Source: an uncultured Candidatus Saccharimonadales bacterium (GTDB taxonomy: Bacteria > Patescibacteriota > Saccharimonadia > UBA4664). From it: 64,000 bases of DNA. Every line of letters starts with the position of its first letter. The first letter of the stretch is position 1. The notes under the pieces are model-generated. The model did not search any database. It was not told the DNA's origin and was given only the letters and a program-made list of their open reading frames with translations. The stretch spans positions 156,697 to 220,696 of the forward strand of contig CAZSRA010000001.1 in NCBI GenBank assembly GCA_964609585.1, written 5' to 3'. The translations under genes and the position numbers were made by a program. Below, piece after piece: positions 46,814 to 56,005 of the stretch.

Positions 46814-48841
46814 TTATTTAGATGTCCTGGCCGACACGGGTGCCATGAACTGGCTATTGTACAGCGAAGCGTAAAACCCTTTTTGTTTCAGCAATTGATC
46901 GTGTGTCCCCTGCTCCACAATGTTGCCGTCTTTCATCACTAGGATGAGGTCGGCGGTGCGGATGGTGGACAGACGGTGAGCTATGACGAAGCTGGTGCGG
47001 CCTTTCATGAGGCGCTCCATGGCGGCTTGGATAAGGGTTTCGGTGCGGGTATCTACTGAGCTCGTGGCTTCGTCGAGGATGAGCATGGGGGTGTCTGCCA
47101 GCATGGCACGGGCGATGGTAATGAGCTGCTTTTCGCCGGCGGAGACGTTGTCGGCTTCTTCGTTGAGCTGCATTTGGTAGCCGCCGGGTAGGGCGCGGAT
47201 GAAATGATCGGCGTGAGCGGCCTTGGCCGCTGCTACTACTTCGGCATGGGTAGCGCCGGCTTTGCCGTAGGCAATGTTGGCCTTGATGGTGCCGGTAAAG
47301 AGCCAGGAATCCTGGAGGACCATGCCAAAGAGGCGGTGAACGTCAGCGCGTTTCATGTCGCGGATGTCGACGCCATCGAGCTTGATGCTGCCAGAATTTA
47401 CGTCGTAGAAGCGCATGAGGAGGTTGACGACAGTGGTTTTACCAGCGCCGGTGGGCCCGACGATGGCGATACGGTGGCCGGGTTTTATACGCGCGGTAAA
47501 GTTTTTGATAATGGTTTTTTCGGGGGTGTAGCCGAAGACGACGTTGTCGAACTCGACCGCACCTTTGACGGCCGGTAGAGTGATGGGATCGGTTTTTTCG
47601 GCAATTTGGTCGGGCTCATCCAGGAATTCGAAGACGTGCTCGGCGGCTGCGGCGGTAGATTGCAGTACGTTGGCGACGTTGGCGGTTTGCATGATGGGCT
47701 GGGTGAATTGGTTCATGTACTGGATAAAGGCTTGGATATCGCCAATATTGACACGGCCATTGACTGCCAGCCAGCCGCCAAGCACGGCAACGGCGACGTA
47801 AGCGAGGTTGCCTACAAAGGTCATGATGGGCATCATGAGGCTCGAGAGAAATTGGGATTTCCAGGCGCTGCCATAGAGCTGTGTATTAATAGTGCGGAAG
47901 GTGGCGACGGAGCGCTGTTCGCCATTGAAAGCTTTCATGACGGTGTGGCCGGAGAACATTTCTTCGATGTGGCCATTGATGCTTGCAAGCGAAACCTGTT
48001 GCTGCACGAAATAGCGCTGGGACCGGCCCACGATGAGCTTGATAAGCACAAGACTCACGGGCAAAACGAGTAGTGCAACAATGGTCATTTGCCAGCTAAT
48101 GGTGAGCATGATGATGAGAATGCCGATGATGGTAGTGATGGAGGTGACGATTTGGGCGAGGCTTTGATTGAGTGTTTGGCTCACGGTATCGACATCGTTG
48201 GTGACGCGGCTGAGGACTTCGCCGTGGGTGCGAGTGTCAAAATAGCTCAAAGGGAGGCGGCCGATTTTGAGCGAGATGTCGCGGCGGAGGTTGAAGGTGA
48301 TTTTCTGAGAGACACTGGTCATGATCCAGCCCTGAATGTAGCTAAAGAGGGCGCTTGCGAAATACAGACCTACGAGTAATTCGGCGAGTTGGCCGATGCC
48401 AGTAAAGTCGATGCCGGGACGCTTGGATAGGTCGAGTTGTTTGATGGTGTTTAGGCTTGCGGCTGGGATTTTTTGGACCTGGCTGGCAGGGAGCTTAGCG
48501 AGCAACTGGGCACCCGTGGTGCCGGCCGGGAAATGAGTGCCGGCGGGAAGCGTCTTCATGAGGTTGTCGTAGGTTTTTTCGTGAATGTAGCCGGTAACGA
48601 TTTTGTTGGTGGCGTTACCTAGGATTTTGGGGCTGACGATGGCAAACACGGTGCTGGCCATGGCAAATACGAGCACGGCGATGATCGAGAGTTGGAACGG
48701 CTTTAAGTACTTCAAAAGCGTACGCATGGTGGCTTTGAAATTTTTGGGTTTGGCGACGGGACCACCGGCCATCATACCGGGGCCGCGTCCCATCATGCCG
48801 GGACCTATGGCGGGTCTTGAGGTAGAACGAGTTTCGCTCAT
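46814..48841 (-). CDS. ABC exporter, fused permease-ATPase (half of a heterodimeric multidrug-type exporter)
   Basis: 6-TM domain plus NBD with GPTGAGKTT, LSAGEKQLITIARA and ILDEATS; Gly/Met-rich N-terminal extension. Confidence 0.85.
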   Translation of the reverse strand: MSETRSTSRPAIGPGMMGRGPGMMAGGPVAKPKNFKATMRTLLKYLKPFQLSIIAVLVFAMASTVFAIVSPKILGNATNKIVTGYIHEKTYDNLMKTLPAGTHFPAGTTGAQLLAKLPASQVQKIPAASLNTIKQLDLSKRPGIDFTGIGQLAELLVGLYFASALFSYIQGWIMTSVSQKITFNLRRDISLKIGRLPLSYFDTRTHGEVLSRVTNDVDTVSQTLNQSLAQIVTSITTIIGILIIMLTISWQMTIVALLVLPVSLVLIKLIVGRSQRYFVQQQVSLASINGHIEEMFSGHTVMKAFNGEQRSVATFRTINTQLYGSAWKSQFLSSLMMPIMTFVGNLAYVAVAVLGGWLAVNGRVNIGDIQAFIQYMNQFTQPIMQTANVANVLQSTAAAAEHVFEFLDEPDQIAEKTDPITLPAVKGAVEFDNVVFGYTPEKTIIKNFTARIKPGHRIAIVGPTGAGKTTVVNLLMRFYDVNSGSIKLDGVDIRDMKRADVHRLFGMVLQDSWLFTGTIKANIAYGKAGATHAEVVAAAKAAHADHFIRALPGGYQMQLNEEADNVSAGEKQLITIARAMLADTPMLILDEATSSVDTRTETLIQAAMERLMKGRTSFVIAHRLSTIRTADLILVMKDGNIVEQGTHDQLLKQKGFYASLYNSQFMAPVSARTSK

Positions 48842-50601
48842 GCGGCTTCTCCCAGTAATGGAGTCTTTATGGCTCTTTCGAGCTCTTCTTCTGATAGCTG
48901 GGATGAGGCGATTTCGCGGTAAACGGGGCAGGTGCGCAGTAACTGGCTATGCGTGCCTTGGCCGACAATGCGGCCGGCATCGAGAACGACGATTTTTTCG
49001 GCTCCGACAATGGTGCTAATGCGTTGGGCCACGATGAGGACGGTTTTGCCTTTAGTTTCTTTTTGGAGGGCCTGGCGCAGTTTGGCATCGGTGGTGAAGT
49101 CCAGAGCTGAGAAGCTGTCATCAAAAATGTAGATTTCGGGGTGTTTGGCAAGTGCGCGGGCGATGGCAAGGCGCTGTTTTTGGCCGCCGGAGATGTTGGC
49201 ACCGCCCTGGGCGATGGGGCTTGCCATCCCCTTTTCGAGCCGCGCAATGAATTCGGCGGCTTGGGCGGTGCTGGCGGCATGGTCGATTTCTGTGGTAGTA
49301 GCTTTCGGGTCGCCGTATTTGATGTTATCCTCGACACTTCCCGAGAAGAGCACAGCTTTTTGCGACACATAGCCAATTTTGGCACGCAGATCGGCTTGGC
49401 GCAGCGCGCGTAAGTCCATGCCGTCTATGAGGATGGCGCCTTCGGTTACGTCGTAGAAGCGGGGAATAAGGTTTACGAGGGTAGATTTGCCGCTGCCGGT
49501 GCTGCCGACGATGGCGGTGGTTTGGCCGGGCACAGCGGTGAATGATAGGTCGTGAAGTACTGGTTCTTCGGCACCAGCATAGGTGAAGGTAACGTTTTTG
49601 AATTCGATAACGCCTTGGCTGGGTATGGCTTTGGCGGGATGCTCGGGATCTTTGATGGCGGCGTCGGTATCTAGGACTTCGGCGATGCGTCCGGCCGACA
49701 CCGAGGCGCGCGGCACCATAATGAAGATCATGGAGATCATAAGGAAAGCAAAAATGGACTGCATGGCGTATTGCATGAAGGCAAGCATGTCGCCGATCTG
49801 GAGAGTGCCGACGTCGATGTGGCGAGCTCCCACCCATACGATGGCGATGGAGGTGATGTTTAAGATGAGCATCATAGCTGGCTGGAGGATAACCATCAGG
49901 CGGTTTACGAACAGGTTGGCATCGGTAAGGTCTTGGTTTGCACTCTTAAATTTGTGCTCTTCGTACGATTCTTTGTTGAAGGCGTGAATGACGCGCAGGC
50001 CGGTGAGAATTTCGCGGGTGACGAGGTTGAGCCGGTCGACTAATTTTTGCAAGCGGGTGAAGCGCGGAATGGCAATCATAAATAAGGTAGCGATGATGAC
50101 GATGAGAATGGAAATGGCGACTGCCATAATCCAGGTCATGGAGGGCGCTAGTTGATAGGCTTTGATGATGGCACCCACTCCCATGAACGGCGCCATGAGC
50201 GCAATCCGCAAGAGAATGGCAAGGACGGTTTGGATTTGTTGGATATCGTTGGTGCAGCGAGTGATGAGGGAGGCGGTGGAGAATTTGTTGAACTCGAGTA
50301 GCGAGAAGCTCTCGACTTTGGTGAAGAGTTGAGCACGTAGTTTCATGGCATAGCCAGTGGCAACTCGTGAGGCCAAATAGCCGACACCGATCATGCACAG
50401 GCCGCCCAGAAATGTGATCAGGAGCATGGTGAGGCCGTTACGGTAGATCATGCTGCCATCGCCTGCGATAATGCCTTGATTTACGATTTTTGCCATGTAG
50501 TCGGGCAAGGTAAGGTTGGCGGTGGTTTGGCCGTAGGTGAGCACGAGCATGAACACGAGGAGGCCGAGATAGGGAGTGAAGGTTTTGAGTAGTTTTTGCA
50601 T
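48838..50601 (-). CDS. ABC exporter, fused permease-ATPase (partner subunit)
   Basis: GSTGSGKST, ISGGQKQRLAIARA and IFDDSFSALD; 4-bp overlap with the partner gene. Confidence 0.85.
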   Translation of the reverse strand: MQKLLKTFTPYLGLLVFMLVLTYGQTTANLTLPDYMAKIVNQGIIAGDGSMIYRNGLTMLLITFLGGLCMIGVGYLASRVATGYAMKLRAQLFTKVESFSLLEFNKFSTASLITRCTNDIQQIQTVLAILLRIALMAPFMGVGAIIKAYQLAPSMTWIMAVAISILIVIIATLFMIAIPRFTRLQKLVDRLNLVTREILTGLRVIHAFNKESYEEHKFKSANQDLTDANLFVNRLMVILQPAMMLILNITSIAIVWVGARHIDVGTLQIGDMLAFMQYAMQSIFAFLMISMIFIMVPRASVSAGRIAEVLDTDAAIKDPEHPAKAIPSQGVIEFKNVTFTYAGAEEPVLHDLSFTAVPGQTTAIVGSTGSGKSTLVNLIPRFYDVTEGAILIDGMDLRALRQADLRAKIGYVSQKAVLFSGSVEDNIKYGDPKATTTEIDHAASTAQAAEFIARLEKGMASPIAQGGANISGGQKQRLAIARALAKHPEIYIFDDSFSALDFTTDAKLRQALQKETKGKTVLIVAQRISTIVGAEKIVVLDAGRIVGQGTHSQLLRTCPVYREIASSQLSEEELERAIKTPLLGEAA

Positions 50602-50603
50602 GG

Positions 50604-51026
50604 CTATAGGGAATCCTGTAAAACGCCAAGAATGCGGTCGAGTTCGGCCAGATCGTGCGAATTTAGATGGTCTAACATGCGGCTTGAGTGCTGCATTCTT
50701 TGTTTTAATATTTCGTCGAGTTTGCGGCCAGTTTTGAATGAGACTTCGAGATAGACGCTGCGGCGATCGTGGTCGTCCTGAGTGCGGGTGAGCCAACCTG
50801 ATTCTACCAAGCGATCGATGAGCACGGTAGTAGAGCCGGGCGAAATACACAGTTCTTCAGCCATCTGATTCATACGAACGGGTTGATGGTGTTTTATAAA
50901 GAACAACGCATGTATCTGATGCATGGTGAGATTTTCGGCGCCGAAATTTTGCATACTATGCTGGCGCAAGTAGCGGCCGATGTGATTGAAATGGGTAAGA
51001 ATAGATTCTTTGATCTCGTTTGGCAT
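50604..51026 (-). CDS. MarR-family transcriptional regulator
   Basis: Winged-helix MarR pattern; directly upstream of, and co-oriented with, the ABC exporter genes. Confidence 0.8.
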   Translation of the reverse strand: MPNEIKESILTHFNHIGRYLRQHSMQNFGAENLTMHQIHALFFIKHHQPVRMNQMAEELCISPGSTTVLIDRLVESGWLTRTQDDHDRRSVYLEVSFKTGRKLDEILKQRMQHSSRMLDHLNSHDLAELDRILGVLQDSL

Positions 51027-51054
51027 GCGAATAGTTTGATTATAGAAATAATAT

Positions 51055-51080
51055 AGTTGAGTTCTCGGGAAGAATCAACT
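51055..51080. promoter_or_regulatory. Inverted repeat in the marR promoter region (candidate MarR operator)
   Basis: AGTTGA-N14-TCAACT. Confidence 0.3.
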
Positions 51081-51171
51081 GTGGATGTAAGGTATTATTG
51101 ACTAGTCATGCATTATATCTCATGATATGGATCTTAGTCGCAACCTGGCGACTTGCACCCAAGGAGATTCA

Positions 51172-51786
51172 GTGAGTGTTTTCCGTGGGCAGAGGCCCAC
51201 TCCTGGCCCGTCCCCCGCCCAAGTTCTGGCAGCGGCTCGGGTTAAAGGTTTCAAGGCTGCAGTTGACGCTCGTGTGAGGGAGTTCGGCCTCAGTCCGGAT
51301 CTTCCCGAGATCCTGAGCCTTAAGCATGGTGCGACTTCGTTGCTTGAGGGCGCGTCGTGGAAGGATGCCTGGGATACATCCCTGAGCAATCTCGACCCGA
51401 AAAAGGACGCCCTTTGGTCGCCGGCTGATCGGCACCTGACCGTTTGCCAGTGCCTGACGGGCTTTGTACTTACCCCTCAGTCGCTGATCAATTTCTTCTT
51501 CGCCGAGCCTGAGGTGCGATCGTTCAGCCGTATCCGTTTGGATGCCGACGGTATCCGTATCTACGACAAGCGTGGGGAGCGGGTGCATTACCACGCTGGC
51601 GCTCCCGGGCTTCACGAGCTCCCCGGTCCGAACGGCGTGCAGAACGCGGCGATTGTTGTCAATTTCTTCACCGGCCTTGATCTGAGCTGGGAGGTCCTCC
51701 GATGCTTTGTTTGGGCTGAGTTCAAGCTCGTCGGTGGTCTCAGCTGGGTTGCTGAGTACGGTACGGAGCCTGCCGCCACTTCCTGA
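51172..51786 (+). CDS. Hypothetical protein (high-GC ORF)
   Basis: GTG start preceded by AAGGAG; GC-rich codon usage unlike its neighbours. Confidence 0.4.
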   Translation: MSVFRGQRPTPGPSPAQVLAAARVKGFKAAVDARVREFGLSPDLPEILSLKHGATSLLEGASWKDAWDTSLSNLDPKKDALWSPADRHLTVCQCLTGFVLTPQSLINFFFAEPEVRSFSRIRLDADGIRIYDKRGERVHYHAGAPGLHELPGPNGVQNAAIVVNFFTGLDLSWEVLRCFVWAEFKLVGGLSWVAEYGTEPAATS

Positions 51787-51836
51787 CCTCCCCGCCAAGC
51801 AACGGCGCATCGATCTTTCGGTGACCCCGCTGCTGT

Positions 51837-52565
51837 TTGGCGGGGTTTATCGTTTTTGTTATTGTGGAAGCTATGAGAAAACAGCAAGAAATTTGGCTCG
51901 CTGAGCATACTGAGCAGACAACTTTGCCGACGATGGCGAATGTGGAACCGGCAAGCGGCGTGGTGCTGTTTGCTGATTATTTGAGCAGGCAGAGCATGGC
52001 CGTCGGTGGTCGTGCGGTGGACATAGGTGCTGGTAAGGGGCGAAACAGTGTTTATCTGGCGTCTTTGGGGTTTGAGGTTTGGGCGCTTGAGTATATTGAG
52101 CCAGCGCTCGAAGCTTCGAAAGTTCTGGCGAAGCAACGTGGTGTGGAGGCCAAGCTTCATTTCGAGTTGGCTGAGATCGATAAACCGTGGCGATTTGACG
52201 ATAACTTTTTTGATGTGGCGATTGACTCGTTTGCTTCGATCGATATTGAGACGAGAGCTGGTCGCGAGGTGTATCGAGATGAAATGTATCGAACGCTCAA
52301 ACCAGGCGGGTATGGACTCGTGATGGTTTGCTCTGTTGAGGATGAATGGGAAAAGGAGCTTATCGTGGATCACCCTGGTCCGGAGCTAAATAGTACTGTG
52401 TGGCCGCAGAATGGGAAATTTCAGAAGGACTACGATAAAACAGAACTGCGTGAATTCTATGGCGATTTTGAGATTTTAGAGTTAAAGACAATTCGCAAGT
52501 CAGCCCATAAGCTTGGCCGATATGGAACGGCGACAAATTTTTGGATGGTTGTGCGCAAAACCTAA
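51837..52565 (+). CDS. Class I SAM-dependent methyltransferase (TehB-like)
   Basis: VDIGAGKGRNSVYLASLGFEVWALE motif I. Confidence 0.7.
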   Translation: MAGFIVFVIVEAMRKQQEIWLAEHTEQTTLPTMANVEPASGVVLFADYLSRQSMAVGGRAVDIGAGKGRNSVYLASLGFEVWALEYIEPALEASKVLAKQRGVEAKLHFELAEIDKPWRFDDNFFDVAIDSFASIDIETRAGREVYRDEMYRTLKPGGYGLVMVCSVEDEWEKELIVDHPGPELNSTVWPQNGKFQKDYDKTELREFYGDFEILELKTIRKSAHKLGRYGTATNFWMVVRKT

Positions 52566-52611
52566 ATTTTCGGGGCTGGCGTGAAGCAAAGATTCTGGTA
52601 TTATTGACCTC

Positions 52612-53136
52612 ATGAAGATCCTTTTTATTCAAACCGGAGGGACATTAGATAAAGAATATGAAGCGGGCGCTAAGGCCTACAGTTTCATTATTACGACACC
52701 AGCAGTAGAAAGAATTTTGGCCCAAGTTAATCCGTCGTTTCAGTTTCGGATTCTGTCGGTAGCGCGCAAAGACAGCATGGATTTGACGGACGTTGACCGA
52801 CAGGCGATCGTGACGGCTTGCCAAGAAGCGCCGGAGGATCGGATTGTGATTACTCATGGTACGGATACGATGAGTAAGACCGGAGAGGCGCTCAGTGTTA
52901 TTAAGAACAAGCGCATCGTTTTGACGGGGGCGCTACGGCCAGAGCGATTTTATAACTCGGATGCGACGTTTAACATTGGTACGGCGATTGGTGGTGTGCA
53001 GTCACTGCCGAACGGGATTTATATTGCTATGAGCGGCCTGATTTTTTCGTGGGATCAGTATTTGAAGCACCCGAAGACGGGGCAATTTTTGCCGGTTGAG
53101 GCGACTCAACAATCAGTTGAGCCAACATTGCTTTAA
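52612..53136 (+). CDS. Asparaginase N-terminal-domain-only protein (half-size L-asparaginase-like)
   Basis: TGGTLDK, ITHGTDTM and TGALRP motifs; about 174 aa, no C-terminal domain. Confidence 0.6.
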   Translation: MKILFIQTGGTLDKEYEAGAKAYSFIITTPAVERILAQVNPSFQFRILSVARKDSMDLTDVDRQAIVTACQEAPEDRIVITHGTDTMSKTGEALSVIKNKRIVLTGALRPERFYNSDATFNIGTAIGGVQSLPNGIYIAMSGLIFSWDQYLKHPKTGQFLPVEATQQSVEPTLL

Positions 53137-53162
53137 CGCTCAAATCGTGGCATATTAAATAT

Positions 53163-53663
53163 ATGCATATACGATTCATCATTGCTGGTGGAACGATCGA
53201 TAAGACCTACAACGATCTTACGGGTGATTTGGCGTTTGGTGATACTCATTTGAATCAGATGTTGAAGCAAGCTCGGTTTGACGGTCAACTTACGACCGAG
53301 CACATTCTCATGAAAGATAGTCTCGATATGACTCAAGAGGACCGTGATAAGTTGGCAGAGGCTTGTTTTGACGCGAAGGAAGACAAGATTGTGGTGACTC
53401 ACGGGCTCGATACCATGATTGAATCGGCGCAGACAATTGAGCTGGTGCTTCGTGATAAGGCGAAAACAGTGGTGATGACGGGAGCCATGGTTCCTTATAG
53501 CTTGGGTGCATCTTCGGACGCGCTATTTAATTTGGGAACAGCTCTGGCGTTTGTGCAATCGCTTCAGCCAGGAGTATTTATTGCGATGAATGGGCATTTT
53601 TTCCGAAGCGACCAAGTACATCGCGATAAGGATGGGGCGTTTAAGGCTCGTAGCGAGGCGTGA
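53163..53663 (+). CDS. Asparaginase N-terminal-domain-only protein, tandem paralog
   Basis: AGGTIDK, VTHGLDTM and TGAMVP motifs; about 166 aa. Confidence 0.6.
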   Translation: MHIRFIIAGGTIDKTYNDLTGDLAFGDTHLNQMLKQARFDGQLTTEHILMKDSLDMTQEDRDKLAEACFDAKEDKIVVTHGLDTMIESAQTIELVLRDKAKTVVMTGAMVPYSLGASSDALFNLGTALAFVQSLQPGVFIAMNGHFFRSDQVHRDKDGAFKARSEA

Positions 53664-54037
53664 TCGCCGTATCGGACGAGGAATTTCAGGAGCTTGTGGA
53701 GGCGGCAGTGGCGGCGATTCCAGAGCGGTTTGCGACTCATTTAAATAATGTGGCTTTTATGGTGGCAGACGTTCCGACGCGTCGTCAGATGGAGGCTGGC
53801 GGTGGGTTGCATGGGGGTGGGATGTTGCTGGGACTATATGAGGGCATTCCCCTGCCTCGGCGCAACGGCGGTTATAGTGGCGTGGTGCCGGATGTGATTA
53901 CAGTATTTAAGCAAGCTCACGAAATGATGGCCAGAGATGTTTCTGAACTGGGTCGCAATGTACATCAAACGGTTTGGCACGAAGTTGCACATTATTTTGG
54001 TTTGGATCATGGACAGATTCGGGCTTTGGAGCATTAA
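53660..54037 (+). CDS. Zincin-like metallopeptidase-fold protein (HExxH)
   Basis: HEVAHYFGLDHG; start overlaps the preceding stop. Confidence 0.55.
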   Translation: MIAVSDEEFQELVEAAVAAIPERFATHLNNVAFMVADVPTRRQMEAGGGLHGGGMLLGLYEGIPLPRRNGGYSGVVPDVITVFKQAHEMMARDVSELGRNVHQTVWHEVAHYFGLDHGQIRALEH

Positions 54038-54064
54038 CGTTAACGAAGCAGCACCTAGGGTTTT

Positions 54065-54679
54065 TTGAGTTATACTGTACAAATGTTTACTGGAATTATT
54101 AGTGACGTGGCCGCCGTGCTAAAGCATTCTTCGGTTGCGGATGGTATCACGATGAGCTTTGAACGGCCAGCAGGGTGGACGGACCTTAGTTTGGGTGAGT
54201 CGATTGCGACGGATGGGGCGTGTTTGACGGTGTCGGCACTGCGAGACGACGGGTATGATTGTTTTTTGATGAGCGAAACGCTTCGTAAGACCACGTTTGG
54301 TACCGCCATGCCGAAGCGCGTTAATTTGGAGCGGGCGATGAGGGCGGGCGACCGGTTTGGAGGCCATATTGTGCAGGGACATGTGGACGAAGTGGGAACG
54401 GTGGTGGGTATCGATGAGTCGGCTGGCTGGGTGATGCGCGTGCGATTTGGGCACGAACAGGCGGGGCTCGTGATGTATAAGGGTTCGATTTGTATCAATG
54501 GTGTGTCGCTGACGGTAACGCAGGTACGTGACGACGAGCTGAGTGTGGCCCTGATTCCTCACACCCTTGAACATACGACTTTGGGGGACCTTAAAGCTGG
54601 TGACCGGGTGAATTTGGAATTTGACACAGTTGGTAAATATATTGCAAATATCATGGAGGCAAGGCATGCAAAAAGCTAA
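54065..54679 (+). CDS. ribE: Riboflavin synthase alpha subunit
   Basis: MFTGII N-terminus and two lumazine-binding repeats. Confidence 0.85.
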   Translation: MSYTVQMFTGIISDVAAVLKHSSVADGITMSFERPAGWTDLSLGESIATDGACLTVSALRDDGYDCFLMSETLRKTTFGTAMPKRVNLERAMRAGDRFGGHIVQGHVDEVGTVVGIDESAGWVMRVRFGHEQAGLVMYKGSICINGVSLTVTQVRDDELSVALIPHTLEHTTLGDLKAGDRVNLEFDTVGKYIANIMEARHAKS

Positions 54680-55127
54680 TCGGGCTGATTTTCGGCCGTT
54701 TGACGCGAGTGACTGGAAGATAGGGATCGTGGTGGCGGAGTTTAATCACGAGATTACCGAGCAGCTATACGCTGGCGCCGTGGCACGGGCAGCGGAGTAC
54801 CGGATAGCGCCTGCCAGTATCACGACGATTCGAGTAGCGGGAGCAATCGAGATTCCAGTGGCATTGCAGGTACTAGCTCGCGAGGGCGGATATGCGGCAT
54901 TACTGGCTGTGGGGTGCGTGATTGAGGGTGAGACACCGCATTTTGCCTATGTATGCAAGCTGGTGACGGAAGGGATTTTACGATTGCAGCTTGATCATCA
55001 TTTGCCAATTGGGTTTGGAGTGCTCACATGCGGCACGCCGGAACAAGCGCAGGCGCGGGCAGGGCTTGGCGGTGAACACCTCGATGCAGCGTTGCAGCTG
55101 GCTGGAGTGCTGGCGGCTAAAAGGTAG
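54666..55127 (+). CDS. ribH: 6,7-dimethyl-8-ribityllumazine synthase
   Basis: IGIVVAEFNHEIT...VAGAIEIP...GCVIEGETPHFAYV. Confidence 0.85.
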   Translation: MQKANRADFRPFDASDWKIGIVVAEFNHEITEQLYAGAVARAAEYRIAPASITTIRVAGAIEIPVALQVLAREGGYAALLAVGCVIEGETPHFAYVCKLVTEGILRLQLDHHLPIGFGVLTCGTPEQAQARAGLGGEHLDAALQLAGVLAAKR

Positions 55128-55138
55128 ACACAACAAGC

Positions 55139-56005
55139 GTGAATATTTCATTGTCTATTGTGTTTGGACTTCTCTCAATGCTTGGCTATGGCTTTGCGAA
55201 TGCGTTTTCGCAAAAGCTTGTACGCTCGCTCGGGCCGGCGCTGATGTTGTTTTGGCGGGGTCTTGTAATGGTGGTGGTGCTAGCAGTTGGGGCCGTGGTT
55301 GATTGGCATCATTTGGGGTCGTGGCCGGTGGTGCTGGCGGCTGTTGGCCTCGGTATGGCAGGTTATTTGCCGGTGTTGGCGTTTTCGCATGGCCTGAAGG
55401 AGAGCCGGTTGGGCGTTGTGGCACCGATTGCTGGTACTTCTCCGCTTATTACGGTGCTGCTGGCGGCGGCGTTTTTGGGGTCGCCGGTAGCGGTGGTTCA
55501 ATGGGTGGCGATTGGACTGGTGGTGATCGCAAACATTGCGGTGTCGGTGGACGTACGCAATTGGCGCGATTCGAAGGTACTGCAGCGTTCGAGCGGCATT
55601 GCTTATGCGCTGGCGGCGGCGGTGGGTTGGGGCATCTTTTTCTTTGCAATGGTGCCGTTGTCGCGGGCGCTAGGACCATGGGTGTCGGCGTGGGCGGCGG
55701 AAGTGGGGGTGACGGCGGCGGCGGGTTTGCATTTGCTGGCGATGCGGCCACTGGTGCGGACGGGAGTCGTGAACTGGCGAGGGATTGTAGTAAACGGGCT
55801 TCTGACCTGTGTGGGGACGGTGGCGTTTACCGTGGGGGTGCGGTATTTCAATGTGGAGATTGTGGCAGTTTTGGGCAACTCAACGGCACTTGTGGGTGTG
55901 CTTCTGGGTTCGCTGCTACTCGGTGAACGGCTTCATCTGAAGGAGAAGGCGTCGGTGGTGGTGATGATGGTGGGAGTTGCGATTATTTCGCTGTTTCGGG
56001 CTTAA
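55139..56005 (+). CDS. EamA/DMT-family transporter
   Basis: 10 TM helices in two EamA-like repeats. Confidence 0.7.
   Translation: MNISLSIVFGLLSMLGYGFANAFSQKLVRSLGPALMLFWRGLVMVVVLAVGAVVDWHHLGSWPVVLAAVGLGMAGYLPVLAFSHGLKESRLGVVAPIAGTSPLITVLLAAAFLGSPVAVVQWVAIGLVVIANIAVSVDVRNWRDSKVLQRSSGIAYALAAAVGWGIFFFAMVPLSRALGPWVSAWAAEVGVTAAAGLHLLAMRPLVRTGVVNWRGIVVNGLLTCVGTVAFTVGVRYFNVEIVAVLGNSTALVGVLLGSLLLGERLHLKEKASVVVMMVGVAIISLFRA

Noticed and set aside
51169-52373. Minus-strand ORFs (213 and 253 aa) overlapping the high-GC hypothetical gene and the methyltransferase gene
   Set aside because: Arg/His-rich low-complexity frames typical of GC-rich antisense; the plus-strand ORFs have proper RBS/start contexts.
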